A stretch of DNA of 64,000 nucleotides from Balanoglossus misakiensis (Eukaryota; Animalia; Hemichordata), in the NCBI GenBank assembly GCA_040954595.2, contig CM082577.2, positions 13,709,903-13,773,902 of the forward strand, written 5' to 3'. Made by a program: the position numbers and the translations under genes. This document shows, piece after piece, positions 38,003-50,369 of this stretch. The notes under the pieces are model-generated. The model worked only from the letters and a program-made list of their open reading frames with translations. It was not told the origin of the DNA and did not search any database. Position 1 is the first letter of the stretch. The number at the start of each line of letters is the position of its first letter.

Positions 38003-39388
38003 GTCATCATCACCATCTTCTTCTTCAGAAACGTCGCCGCCTTCAACATCATCATCATCATCGTCGTCGTCGTTCTATTGGGATTCATTGTCTTTACATT
38101 CAAATGTCTTGTGTGATATCAATGTTAGTATGCTTTCTCAATTAGTTTGCAAGAGTACCAGTGGAGACATTTCACTAAAATCATGCAAGTGCATTTATAA
38201 AAGTATATGGGGTTAATAACCACATGAAAAGAAAACATGCTTTTTTACATTTGAGTAATATGCCCGATGTCGATTACTATTCATGACATTTCCCTTAAAT
38301 ATCATAATTAGGGAGAATCTTCTTTGCCATCCGAAAACGTTTCTGTGTGCGCATCCGGTCCCTTTTCCTCCGGTTCCTTTTTACGTTGGGGTGGAGGCTG
38401 CAAATAGTGGAAGTTATCAACATTTACTACAATAAGCACACAAAGCAGAGTACAAATCAATTTGCATTTGCGTGTAACCAAGGTAGGAGGTCAGCTGGAA
38501 GTCAGACGGAAGGAAGAGTTCACCAAAAGAGGGCGCATCGCGCGAGCAGAGTGTATTGAAAGGATAAAGGTTAGAATCGTTAATGGTAAGTGAAAGGCAG
38601 AAGAAGAATAAAAGGCTGACCGACAATTTTTTCCATCAAATCCCTCAATGAATCCCTGTGCCGAGACGAAGGATTATAAAATCGATGATTTCTGCCAAGG
38701 CGGCCCAGACATTGATTGGGATCTAAATAAAGTTGGCTTTCACTTTCACTTTTGCTGGTTATGCAAATGCATTGATTTATTCTGAGGATTTAGTCAGTTA
38801 GTCAACATCACCCCTGATAGTAGATAATTATTTACATTGGCACAGGAGAGAAAAATCACGAAGTTTGCGGATAGGTTTCAATATGTGTACAATAGAGATT
38901 ATCAGTTGTTAAATGGAAACCATTGTCTTTCTTCAACCCCTGATTCTCTCAAATGTTTTTGACATCAAATGTTTATGTTCTGCAAAGCCCTTGTTTTCCA
39001 TTGATTGTTTTTGTCAAGTTAATCCTTTTGCTTTTAGATAAATCTGGTCGATCAAGAAGGAACGCCTTTAAAGATGGCCACAGGAGAGAAAAAGAAACGA
39101 AGCCTTGGGTATACATCCAGTTTGTTTTATATCTCAATCAATGTTTGGGGCGCATGTGATTTTAATACTTCAATATTCTCCTTATCCTAATTTCGTACTC
39201 TTGCTATAGGCGGCTGAATAAATGGGTACGGCACCCGTTTATCTTTTGACATGTTAATATTTACATGTACAGTACAGCCACAATCAAAGGTTGATATGTT
39301 TGTGTATACCCATCAGTTACCCCATTTTGCTTACAGAATCCCGAAATATCAACTGAAATTGCCAATCTATGCAAGATTCAAATCTTAC

Positions 39389-39586
39389 CGGTTCTAAAAC
39401 TGGTACACCGTCTTTCGTTGTTAATTGTTTTGGGGGGCCTACAGAAGTTTTAATAGGTGTCTCCAATATTAGTTGTAGTGCTTGTCGGTTGCCTGCAGCT
39501 GCAGCTGCTAATCGTGGTTGTGGGTTTGGGTTAACGATAGCCGATACTGCTCCAGAATATTCTTCCTTTCTACCAGTGTTGTCCAT
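39389..39586 (-). CDS. Putative small-protein exon, array family copy 3 (66 aa)
   Basis: Near-identical to copy 1 (last codon S->P). Confidence 0.45.
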
Positions 39587-40071
39587 TTTCTGTTGATCAA
39601 ATGTCGTAGAGACAGATAAATATGTAAAACAATGAATGGAATAGGCAGATTAAATGATAAACCAAGGCTACGCAACTATAGTTTTCACCAAATAAAATGC
39701 AACATAACAACTCAATAGCAGGCCTCCCGCTGTAGAAGTGCGTTGACCTGCGGCTCATGTGATTAGGAGACAAAAAAGTCTCCAACTTGTCCCAGGTTCT
39801 TGACTATGCGAGATTATATTTGTCCTAAAGATAGCCGAGAATTAGGTATGTGCATATTAGGTATGTGCATATTAGGTATGTAGGTATAATTAGGTAAAAA
39901 GTTACGATCTTGGAAACAAAGAAATGTAGGTCTGGTCCTATAAAAAATACTGTATTGGGGTCGTCAAAGTCGTGTCAACCCAATCGACGCAAAAAATAAC
40001 GGTACCTTGCACTTGCCACAGACGCGCGGCATATTGCCTAGTTCGTATATCATTATTATTATTATCTTTTT

Positions 40072-40482
40072 TTTAGCTCTGCTGTCACTTGTGTCAGCCG
40101 AGCTGTAGCAGTAGGTTGATAAGTGTCCGTCCGTCGTCCGTCCGTCCGTCCGTCCGTCCGTCCGGCGTCCGTCAACTTTTGGTATTTCAATCTTCTTCTT
40201 TAAAACAACTAGGCATATTTAGATGAAATTTGGTTGGAATGTGTGTTATAGTGCCCCTACCTGATTTTGTAAATTTGGATTTGATGGGGTCATGAATATG
40301 TAAATTAGATCTAAAAATAGAATTTTTGGTCAAAAATCTTCTTCTCCATAACTACATGTACGATGAAGCTGAAATTTGGTAGGAATGTGTGTTATGGTGC
40401 CCCTACCTGATTTTGTTAAACATCATTGCCCAGGTTACACTGTTAAAGTCAGCAGAGCTCTTTTGACCGATAGGTATCTTGT
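40072..40482 (+). mobile_element. HINE, duplicate of 22837-23247
   Basis: Identical copy within the 17235-bp-offset duplication. Confidence 0.75.
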
Positions 40483-42837
40483 ATTGTAACCATGTTTGCA
40501 TTGTCTAATATAATGTGCCCTCAGTTCTGTATGTTTGAGGTCACAAACGCACGTACCGGGGATCATTCAGGCGTATATCACACATGTGTTAGACAAAGCA
40601 GACATTGTGGTAGTCAATCCACAAAGACCCACTTTTACGCTGCCGATAACAAGGACACACATATAAATATGTTTTTGCTTTTCATAAGAAAGGGTATTTT
40701 ATTTGTCATATTCCAACAGGAAAGCGGCGTAATGTCATCCTTTAAAGGGACAAAGTCTCTCTCTCGCTGCCCTTTTCCATTAGTTATGTTTGAAGTAAAA
40801 TCCGCATTATGTATGTAAATTAGGTACCCAATGTCCTGTCTTACCAGTTGTTAATCAAGAATGCAGACTATCGAGTCTCCCATCAATGAGCGCCTGCTTA
40901 TTAACCCTTCGACGGATGCAGTTGATTTTAACATAAAAACTAGTGACCCAGAACTGCATACCCACAAGGCGCTCGGGCATGTCACTAGCCCGGCTGTAAA
41001 TTGAGCGTTTGCCCTCATACGCCAGTATAGGACAAATGTGGCCCTTTTAGTACTTTCCCCCCACACAGAAACTGACCAGGTTGGATCAATCTGACTCTGA
41101 TTATCAGCAAATCCCGAGTTGATCAGTATGAAGGTAAACTTGCAGAGTATGGCCTATTTCGGACAAAACGGCCGTACACACCACGTCCTAATCTGAGTTG
41201 GGAAAAGTTGTCATGGTGCCGGTAGCAGAAGTTCGCAAATACGCGCCATTTCTATGAACTTACCTATTTTCTTCAGGAACTGACTCGTCCAAGCCCTACT
41301 TTATCGACTGCAGGGGAATGTGTATGTATTCAGGTGTGCCGTACGCTCGAATGTGTCATATGCTAATTTTTATTGCTTTCGTTTTCGTCTTTTGTAGTGA
41401 GGCGGATATGACGGGAAGGGGTGATACAACTATTGAACAGGGGCGATCTTGTCCACACGGAGAGTAAAAGTGGGCTAAATACGAAAGAAGAAATACATGT
41501 AGAGTAAGTAAATGAATATTGAAGTGATACAAGTCACAATTCGACCTGGTCTGTACTATACAAGAAGTAGTAAAACTGAGTCAAGATACTGTCGTAAGAA
41601 ACACAGTTGCCTGCGAATGATGTTATGGTCAAATCATCATTCTCCTGGGGCATGAATGGCCTAGGGTTAGTAATGCGTGAAGACAAGTCACCCGCGACTC
41701 CGAAATTATATACCGAGACCTTTTCTATGGATTAGGTCTATATTTTTTTCGCCACCTGGATTTTGGAGAGAAAAATATCATTATGTCATTTTCATGCACT
41801 CGCCGAACACGACAAAAAATCAACCTCTACTTTCCTGTTTTCTTATAAAAAGCAACCTACGTGATTTAGGCCTATGTGTGTTGGGTTCTTGTTTTTGGTA
41901 GCGTCGCCGCCAATCTTTATGTTTGCATTGTCTAATATAATGTGCCCTCGGTTCTGTGTGTTTGAGGTCACAAACGCACGTACTGGGGATCACAGAGCCG
42001 TATATAACACGTGTTAGACAAAGCAGATATTGTGGTAGTCAATCCACAAAGACCCACTTTTACGCTGCCGATAACAAGAACACAACAGATAAATATGTTT
42101 TTGCTTTTCATAAGAAAGGGTATTTTCCTTTTGATAACTGCACACCATGGTCCTGGAAATTCTTAAGTCAGGCAATTCAAAATTATTTCAAAAAGTGAAA
42201 TGGCTGTTTGTAGTAATTACATGCACTTATACAGTAATCGATTAAATTTCCTTTTTGATATCAAATTTAGCAGAGAACAGTCAGAGAACAGTGATCCACG
42301 GAGACACGTATCTGATTCACACTCATTTATTGCTGAGAATTACTCCAGTACATCAAATATGCCCAGTAATGAATATATGCGAGGAAGGGAACGAGCTCAG
42401 TAGCCTGAGGTACTCCCATCTCTCGTTAGATTCTACCTACAACTTTGAAAACAAAATTCTTATGATTACTTTTTTCAAGACGTGATTAAACATGTAAAAT
42501 ATCACAAAAACAATGGGTTACAATTGCATTGGGCATCAATTCAACTATATACGTACCAATTTACATAAAGCGTTATATAGAAAAGTCAGTTCGATGATGA
42601 GTGACAACCAGAGGAGTCAGTTAAACACCAGCTCTCCCCATCTACTTCAAATACATAAATCAAATACTATCAAACATTGAAATTCCCTAGCTCTGGATTA
42701 TTTGACCTTTAAAATAATATTTGACTTTTATACAGATTGAAACACAATACATGAAATGTATGCGATGAATCAAGATGCATATACGCGATATATTGAGTCA
42801 GCTTCATCATCATTGTCGTCGTCGTCGTTATCATGAT

Positions 42838-42894
<57 letters not shown>

Positions 42895-44278
42895 GTCATC
42901 ATCACCATCTTCTTCTTCAGAAACGTCGCCGCCTTCAACATCATCATCATCATCGTCGTCGTCGTTCTATTGGGATTCATTGTCTTTACATTCAAATGTC
43001 TTGTGTGATATCAATGTTAGTATGCTTTCTCAATTAGTTTGCAAGAGTACCAGTGGAGACATTTCACTAAAATCATGCAAGTGCATTTATAAAAGTATAT
43101 GGGGTTAATAACCACATGAAAAGAAAACATGCTGTTTTACATTTGAGTAATATGCCCGATGTCGATTACTATTCATGACATTTCCCTTAAATATCATAAT
43201 TAGGGAGAATCTTCTTTGCCATCCGAAAACGTTTCTGTGTGCGCATCCGGTCCCTTTTCCTCCGGTTCCTTTTTACGTTGGGGTGGAGGCTGCAAATAGT
43301 GGAAGTTATCAACATTTACTACAATAAGCACACAAAGCAGAGTACAAATCAATTTGCATTTGCGTGTAACCAAGGTAGGAGGTCAGACGGAAGGAAGAGT
43401 TCACCAAAAGAGGGCGCATCGCGCGAGCACAGTGTATTGAAAGGATAAAGGTTAGAATCGTTAATGGTAAGTGAAAGGCAGAAGAAGAATAAAAGGCTGA
43501 CCGACAATTTTTTCCATCAAATCCCTCAATGAATCCCTGTGCCGAGACGAAGGATTATAAAATCGATGATTTCTGCCAAGGCGGCCCAGACATTGATTGG
43601 GATCTAAATAAAGTTGGCTTTCACTTTCACTTTTGCTGGTTATGCAAATGCATTGATTTATTCTGAGGATTTAGTCAGTTAGTCAACATCGCCCCTGATA
43701 GTAGATAATTATTTACATTGGCACAGGAGAGAAAAATCACGAAGTTTGCGGATAGGTTTCAATATGTGTACAATAGAGATTATCAGTTGTTAAATGGAAA
43801 CCATTGTCTTTCTTCAACCCCTGATTCTCTCAAATGTTTTTGACATCAAATGTTTATGTTCTGCAAAGCCCTTGTTTTCCATTGATTGTTTTTGTCAAGT
43901 TAATCCTTTTGCTTTTAGATAAATCTGGTCGATCAAGAAGGAACGCCTTTAAGATGGTCACAGGACAGAAAACGAAATGTATGAATGGCTGGGCCGCCTG
44001 TGATTTTTATCGATAAAATACCTCAATCTTTTCCTTATCCTAATTCGACGGACGATAACTTGTTGAATTTCGTACTCTTGCTATAGGCGGCTGAAGAAAT
44101 TTATAAATACATCATGAAAATTATGCATAAAATAGCAAAATAGCAGTTATTGGGGCTTTAAAGGCCCGAGCTTAGGCACTCCTTCCACTTATTCTTTTTT
44201 CTACGTTTATGATCATTGCTTACCAAAATACCGAGAGGTGAACTAAAATTGCCAATCTATGCAAGATTGAAATCTTAC

Positions 44279-44416
44279 CGGCTGGGCTAAAACTGGTACG
44301 CCGCATTTTAGAACTTGGTCAGTTTGCAAGTGTGTACTTGCATTACTCGTAAGTCGTTCTATTGGAACATGTAATATTGGTTCAGGATTTTCTTCCTTTC
44401 CACACGTGTTGTCCAT
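44279..44416 (-). CDS. Putative small-protein exon, array family copy 4 (46 aa; not in the ORF track)
   Basis: As copy 2, plus an in-frame 6-nt insertion (RL-TS-NAST). Confidence 0.45.
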
Positions 44417-45635
44417 TTTCTGTTGATCAAATGTCGTAGAGACAGATAAATATGTTAAACAATGAATGGAATAGAGGAACGTATGGAACGAAAATCACGA
44501 ATTTTCCCATCAATAAGCGCCTGCTTATAACTTCATATGTAACCCTTAGACGGCTGAAGTTGATTCTAACGTGAAAACCAGTGACCCAGAACTGCATACC
44601 CAGTAGGCGCTCGCGCATGTCACTAGCCCGGGTGTAAATTGAGCGTTTGCCCTCATACGCCAGTATAGGACAAATGTGGCCGTTTTAGTACTTTTCCCCC
44701 ACACAGAAACTGACCAGGTTGGATCAATCTGACTCTGATTATCAGCAAATCCCGAGTTGATCAGTATGAAGGTAAACTTGCAGAGTATGGCCTATTTCGG
44801 ACAAAACGGCCGTACACACCACGTCCTAATCTGAGTTGGGAAAAGTTGTCATGGTGCCGGTAGCAGAAGTTCGCAAATACGCGCCATTTCTATGAACTTA
44901 CCTATTTTCTTCAGGAACTGACTCGTCCAAGCCCTACTTTATCGACTGCAGGGGAATGTGTATGTATTCAGGTGTGCCGTACGCTCGAATGTGTCATATG
45001 CTAATTTTTATTGCTTTCGTTTTTGTCTTTTGTAGTGAGGCGGATATGGTGCACTATGGGAAGGGGTGATACAACTATGGAATAGGGGCGATCTTGTCCA
45101 CACTGAGAGTAAAAGTTGACTAAATACAAAAGAAGAAAAACATGTTGAGTAAGTAAATAAATATTGAAGTGATACAAGCCACAATTCGACCTGGCCTGTA
45201 ATTGCAAGGCGTAGTAAAACTGAGTCAAGATACTGTCGTAAGAAACACAGTTGCCTGCGAATGATGATATGGTCACATCATCATTCAACTGTGGCATGAA
45301 TGACCTTGGGGAGTAATGCATGTAGATAAGTCACCTCCGAAATCATATACCAAGACATGGTTTAACTGTCACTTAATTTGCTGCTGAGAAGACAATAGGA
45401 CAGGAATACCCCCCCCCCCAAAAAAAAAAAATAACACAAAATAGTTTCTCTTCATGGGGTCTATATTTTTTTCGCCACCTGTATTTTTGAGAGAAAAATG
45501 TCATGATGTCATTTTCATGCACTCCCCGAACACGATAAAAAAACAACCTCAACTTTCATGTTTTCTTATAAAAAGCAACACACATGATTTAGGCCTTTGT
45601 GTGTGTAGGGTTCTTGTCTTTGGCAGCGTCGCCGC

Positions 45636-45748
45636 TAGCTGCAATAATTGTAGCCCTGTTGGGTTGGTTGATCGCTGACGGGGGGCTTGATCGCTGACGG
45701 CCTGGTCAGCGATCAACCAACCCACCAGGGCTACAATTATTGCAGCTA
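45636..45748. mobile_element. 113-bp palindromic MITE, TAG...CTA termini, 9-bp TSD (AcademH-like)
   Basis: TSD CGTCGCCGC at 45627-45635 and 45749-45757; empty sites in other units (~32248, 37022, 41902). Confidence 0.85.
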
Positions 45749-46059
45749 CGTCGCCGCCAATCTTTATGTTTGCATTGTCTAATATAATGTGCCCTCGGTT
45801 CTGTGTGTTTGAGGTCACAAACGCACGTACTGGTGTGAGGGCGCTCTTCGCTGAGCGTACATGTTGAAAGTTGCTTGAAAATCTCTATTTCAACAAGCGT
45901 TGTATTTTTCTTGTGGACGAAAATAACCTACAAGGTTCGGTTCATGAAGTGTTCAAGATTAACTTTGGAGGTTTTTTGAGCGGGTATGAACACGATTGGC
46001 TTGGAAAATTGAAGGAAGTTCCAGCGACACTGAGAGTTCGTAGGAAGACGTGATTCAAG

Positions 46060-46932
46060 ATGGCGGCCAAGGTGGTTACACGACGTGGAAGTGCTAAAGC
46101 TAGGTCAGAGGAGGGAATTCATCATGGTAATGAATGTGGGACGTGTAGAAAGGCGATAAAGGAAGACACGGCAGCCCTTCTTTGCGGTATGTGTAACTTT
46201 TGGCACCACACCTCCTGTGAAAATGTGTCGAGGGGTGTGTACGAATTTCTGAATGAAAATACGAAGGAAGATGACAGTCCGATACATTGGTATTGCAGGA
46301 AGTGCAACTCTTGTGCGGTAAAGTTGATGTCGAAAATAACTGTTATAGAACAAAAGCAGGCAGAGATGCAGTGTGACTTGACTGGTCTGAAAAGTTCTGT
46401 GACCAAACTAGAAACGAGTGTTGTCCAATTCCAGTCGAATGTTGATGAACTGCAAGACGATATCTCTAAACGTATATCTGATGAGTTTGACAAAGAAAAA
46501 AGAAGATGTAATGTGATAATTCGCAATTGTAAAGAAGTGATAGGCAGAGATGATAAATGCTTGGTGGAAAGTATCTTTGAAGATATTGAGCCAGCATGTG
46601 ACTTAGGTAGTATTAATGTGCAAAGACTCGGAATACAGAGGGGAGAGAGCTATAACAGACCAATCAGAGTAAGGCTTTCATCTCCAGACATTAGACAGAA
46701 GGTGTTACAGGTGGCTCCTAAACTCAGAGAAAGTGGAATTGAAGAATACCAGTCAATTTATATTACTCCAGATTTAACAAAACAAGAGCAAGAGAAGGAC
46801 AGACAACTGAGGTTGGAACTAAAGGAAAGAAGAAAGGCTGGAGAGAAGAACTTGAGAATAAGAAGAGGCAAAATTGTTGAAGTTAGCAATGCCGAAGCTC
46901 AAGTATTAGAAAATGAGAATACAAAAAACTGA
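46060..46932 (+). CDS. CR1 ORF1 with PHD finger
   Basis: CGTC...CGMCNFWHHTSC...WYCRKC (PHD); coiled coil; RRCNVIIRN, RPIRVRL, IYITPDLT. Confidence 0.9.
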   Translation: MAAKVVTRRGSAKARSEEGIHHGNECGTCRKAIKEDTAALLCGMCNFWHHTSCENVSRGVYEFLNENTKEDDSPIHWYCRKCNSCAVKLMSKITVIEQKQAEMQCDLTGLKSSVTKLETSVVQFQSNVDELQDDISKRISDEFDKEKRRCNVIIRNCKEVIGRDDKCLVESIFEDIEPACDLGSINVQRLGIQRGESYNRPIRVRLSSPDIRQKVLQVAPKLRESGIEEYQSIYITPDLTKQEQEKDRQLRLELKERRKAGEKNLRIRRGKIVEVSNAEAQVLENENTKN

Positions 46933-46958
46933 GAAGAGGTGCTCATTGTGTAAATAAC

Positions 46959-48626
46959 ATGACAAACTCTAATTCTAAACTGAAAACAAGTAAGACTGTA
47001 CATAATGTAAATAAAACTAGTGATAAGAGGAAGCCAGATAGAGATGTATATGTAAATATGAATGATTTAGCGGATCCAGTGAACTTTGCAGGTGATGGAG
47101 CCAATAAGCTGAGCACTATTAGTATAACACAGGAGACTGTTGAGTCAAAAATCAAAACTCTCAAAGTAACCAAGGCACCAGGTCCTGATGGTGTAACAAC
47201 AAGAGTTTTAGTAGAATGCTGTTCTCAACTTGCATATCCATTGACAGTTTTGTTTAATAGATCACTAAAGGAAACGATTGTTCCTGAGGATTGGAAACAA
47301 GCAAATGTCTGCCCGATTTTCAAAAAAGGAAAGAAGAGTACTCCAGGTAATTACAGACCAGTGAGTTTGACATCGGTGGTTTGCAAACTAATGGAATCAT
47401 GCCTAAGAGACAGTATAGTGAAGCATCTAGATGAACAGCAATTGATACTTCCATCACAACATGGTTTCACTTCTGGCAAGTCCTGTTTAACTAATTTATT
47501 GGAGTTCCTAGATGACGTAACTGAGTATCTAGATGAAGGTCATCCAGTTGATATTATTTATCTGGACTTTGCAAAGGCGTTTGACAAAGTGGCACATAAA
47601 AGGCTGATAAGGAAATTACAGGCACATGGTATAGTAGGCCACATAAGTGATTGGATTGCTGAGTGGTTGGCCAATAGGAAACAGCGTGTGGTGATACATG
47701 GAAGGAGTTCATCCTGGGAACCAGTATCCAGTGGAGTGCCACAGGGATCTGTCCTTGGGCCTGTATTGTTCCTTATCTTTATTAATGACATTGACATCAA
47801 CATATCTTCCAATATTAAGAAATTCGCAGATGACACGAAAGTGTACAGGAAAGTTGAAAATGAAGACGACTACCTGGTATTGCAAGAAGATCTTAACAAA
47901 CTTACTGACTGGTCAGATAATTGGCTTATGCAGTTTAATGTAGCTAAATGCAAGGTCTTACATGCTGGTTCAAACAACCCAGGTTATGAATACTGTATGA
48001 ACGAATCCATGCTTGCAGAAGTAGAAGAGGAAAAGGATGTTGGTGTCATCATTGATAGAAGTTTTAAACCAAGTAAACAGTGTTCAGAAGCAGTACTGAA
48101 AGCGACCAGGATCATTGGAATGATTAAAAGAAGTTTTACCCTTCGAACCAAGGACGTCATAGTACGCCTTTACAAACAATTTGTCAGACCCCATTTGGAA
48201 TATGCGTCCCAAGCCTGGGCTCCATGGCTCAAAAAAGATATTGCTGCCCTGGAAAAAGTTCAGCGTCGCGTTACTAAGCTAGTAACAGAGTGCCGTGGAA
48301 AAAGTTACCCTGAGAGAATGCATATATTAGGGCTTACAACCCTTGAAACCCGCCGTGTAAGAGGTGATATGATAGAGGTTTTTAAAATTTTGAATAACGT
48401 AGATCGCTGCTCAGTTACCTTGATGAGAAGTTTGTGCTCAACAACTAGAGGTCATGACTACAAGCTCCAAAAGCTGCCATCCAGACTAGACATTCGCAAA
48501 TATTCATTTCCTGTTCGTGTTGTGAACGAGTGGAACGCTTTACCGGACTTTGTGATTATGTCAAAGGATACAAACAATTTCAAGAACAATATTGACATTT
48601 ATTTTCAAGCAACTGATAGGATTTGA
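46959..48626 (+). CDS. CR1 ORF2, RT-only (555 aa)
   Basis: [64 protein letters not shown]; no APE motifs upstream. Confidence 0.9.
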   Translation: MTNSNSKLKTSKTVHNVNKTSDKRKPDRDVYVNMNDLADPVNFAGDGANKLSTISITQETVESKIKTLKVTKAPGPDGVTTRVLVECCSQLAYPLTVLFNRSLKETIVPEDWKQANVCPIFKKGKKSTPGNYRPVSLTSVVCKLMESCLRDSIVKHLDEQQLILPSQHGFTSGKSCLTNLLEFLDDVTEYLDEGHPVDIIYLDFAKAFDKVAHKRLIRKLQAHGIVGHISDWIAEWLANRKQRVVIHGRSSSWEPVSSGVPQGSVLGPVLFLIFINDIDINISSNIKKFADDTKVYRKVENEDDYLVLQEDLNKLTDWSDNWLMQFNVAKCKVLHAGSNNPGYEYCMNESMLAEVEEEKDVGVIIDRSFKPSKQCSEAVLKATRIIGMIKRSFTLRTKDVIVRLYKQFVRPHLEYASQAWAPWLKKDIAALEKVQRRVTKLVTECRGKSYPERMHILGLTTLETRRVRGDMIEVFKILNNVDRCSVTLMRSLCSTTRGHDYKLQKLPSRLDIRKYSFPVRVVNEWNALPDFVIMSKDTNNFKNNIDIYFQATDRI

Positions 48627-49470
48627 GGGACCTTATTATCTTAGATATTTGTCCCTTATGAACTGAACTGAACTGAACTACTGGGGATCACAGAGCCGTA
48701 TATAACACGTGTTAGACAAAGCAGATATTGTGGTAGTCAATCCACAAAGACCCACTTTTACGCTGCCGATAACTGCACACCATGGTCCTGGAAATTCTTA
48801 ATTAAGGCAATTCCAAATTATTTCAACAAGTGAAATGGCTGTTTGTAGTAATTACATGCACTTATACAGTAATCGATTACATTTCCTTTTTGATATCAAA
48901 TTGGACAGAGAACAGTCAGAGAACAGTGATCCGCGGAGACACGTATCTGATTCACGTTCATTTATTGTCGAGAATTACTCTAACACATCAAATACGCCCA
49001 GTAAAGTACGTGGGGAAGGGAATGAGCTCAGTAGCCTGAGGTACTCCCATCTCTCGTTAGATTCTACTTACAACTTTGGAAACAAAATTTTTATAATTAG
49101 TTTTCACAAGACGTGGTTAAACATGTAAAACATCACAAGTACTATGTGTTACAATTTCATTGGGCATCAATTCAACTATATACGTACCAAATGATTTACA
49201 TAAACCGTTATATAGCAAAGTCAGTTCGATGATTATTGACAACCAGAGCAGTCAGTTAAACACCAGCTCTCCCTATCTACTTCAAATACATAAAATCAAA
49301 TATTATCAAACATTGACATTCCTGGAGCTCTTATTTGACCTTCAAAATCATATTTGACTTTTATACAGATCGTAACACAATACGTGAAATTTATGCGATG
49401 AATCAAGATGCATATACGCGATATATTGAGTCAGCTTCATCATCATTGTCGTCGTCGTCATCATCATGGT

Positions 49471-49506
<36 letters not shown>

Positions 49507-50240
49507 GTCATCATCATCAACAACATCATCATCATCATCATCGTCGTCGTTGTCGTCGTCGTTCTATTGGGATTCATTGTCTTTACATTTAAATGTCTTG
49601 TGTGATATCAATGTTAGTATGCTTTCTCAATTATTTTGCAAGAGTACCAGTGGAGACATTTCACTAAAATCATACAAGTGCATTTATAAAATTTGTGACT
49701 AACGCTTTCAGAAAAATATTTATGGGGTTAACAACCGCATGAAAAACACGCGTTTTACATTCAAGTAATATGCACGATTACTATTCACGACTTTTCCCTT
49801 AAAAATCATAATTCGGGAGAATCTTCTTTGCCATCCGGTTTCTTTTCCTAAGGTCCCTTCCGTGGTGCTTGTTTTGGTGGTTGCTGGAATAATGGAAATT
49901 ATAAATATTTACTACAATAAGCACACATAGTAGAGTACAAGTCACTTTGTCATTGCGTGAAACCAAACAAAAGAAACTGAGACCACAGGGATATATTTAG
50001 GACCGGATTTGATAAGGTAGGAGGTCAGCTGGAGGTCAGGCGGAAGGAAGAGTTCACCAAAAGAGGGCGCATCAGAGTGTATTAGTAGGATAAAGGTTGG
50101 AATCGTAATGTTAATATTTACATGTACAGCCGCAATCAAAGGTTGATATATTTGTGTATACCCATCAGTTACCCCATTTTGCTTACAGAATCCCGAAATA
50201 TAAACTAAAATTGCCATTCTATGCAAGATTCAAATCTTAC

Positions 50241-50369
50241 TGGTTTGGGTACTGGTACACCGTCTTTACGTCTGTTTTCACTTGGTGTAAAAGAAAACGA
50301 TTCTATAGTCTGAGAATCGTCTCCCTTTCCACTACGCGAATGTTCTTCCTTTCCTCCAGTGTTGCCCAT
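50241..50369 (-). CDS. Putative small-protein exon, array family copy 5 (43 aa, MGN start)
   Basis: MGNTGGKEEHSRSGKGDDSQTIESFSFTPSENRRKDGVPVPKP|gtaaga. Confidence 0.45.

Larger units (their letters stand above)
45834..48678 (+). mobile_element. CR1-clade LINE, 5'-complete, ORF2 lacking the endonuclease
   Basis: TSD TACTGG at 45828-45833 and 48679-48684; (AACTG)n tail; two open ORFs; empty site GCACGTACTGGGGATC in other units. Confidence 0.9.
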
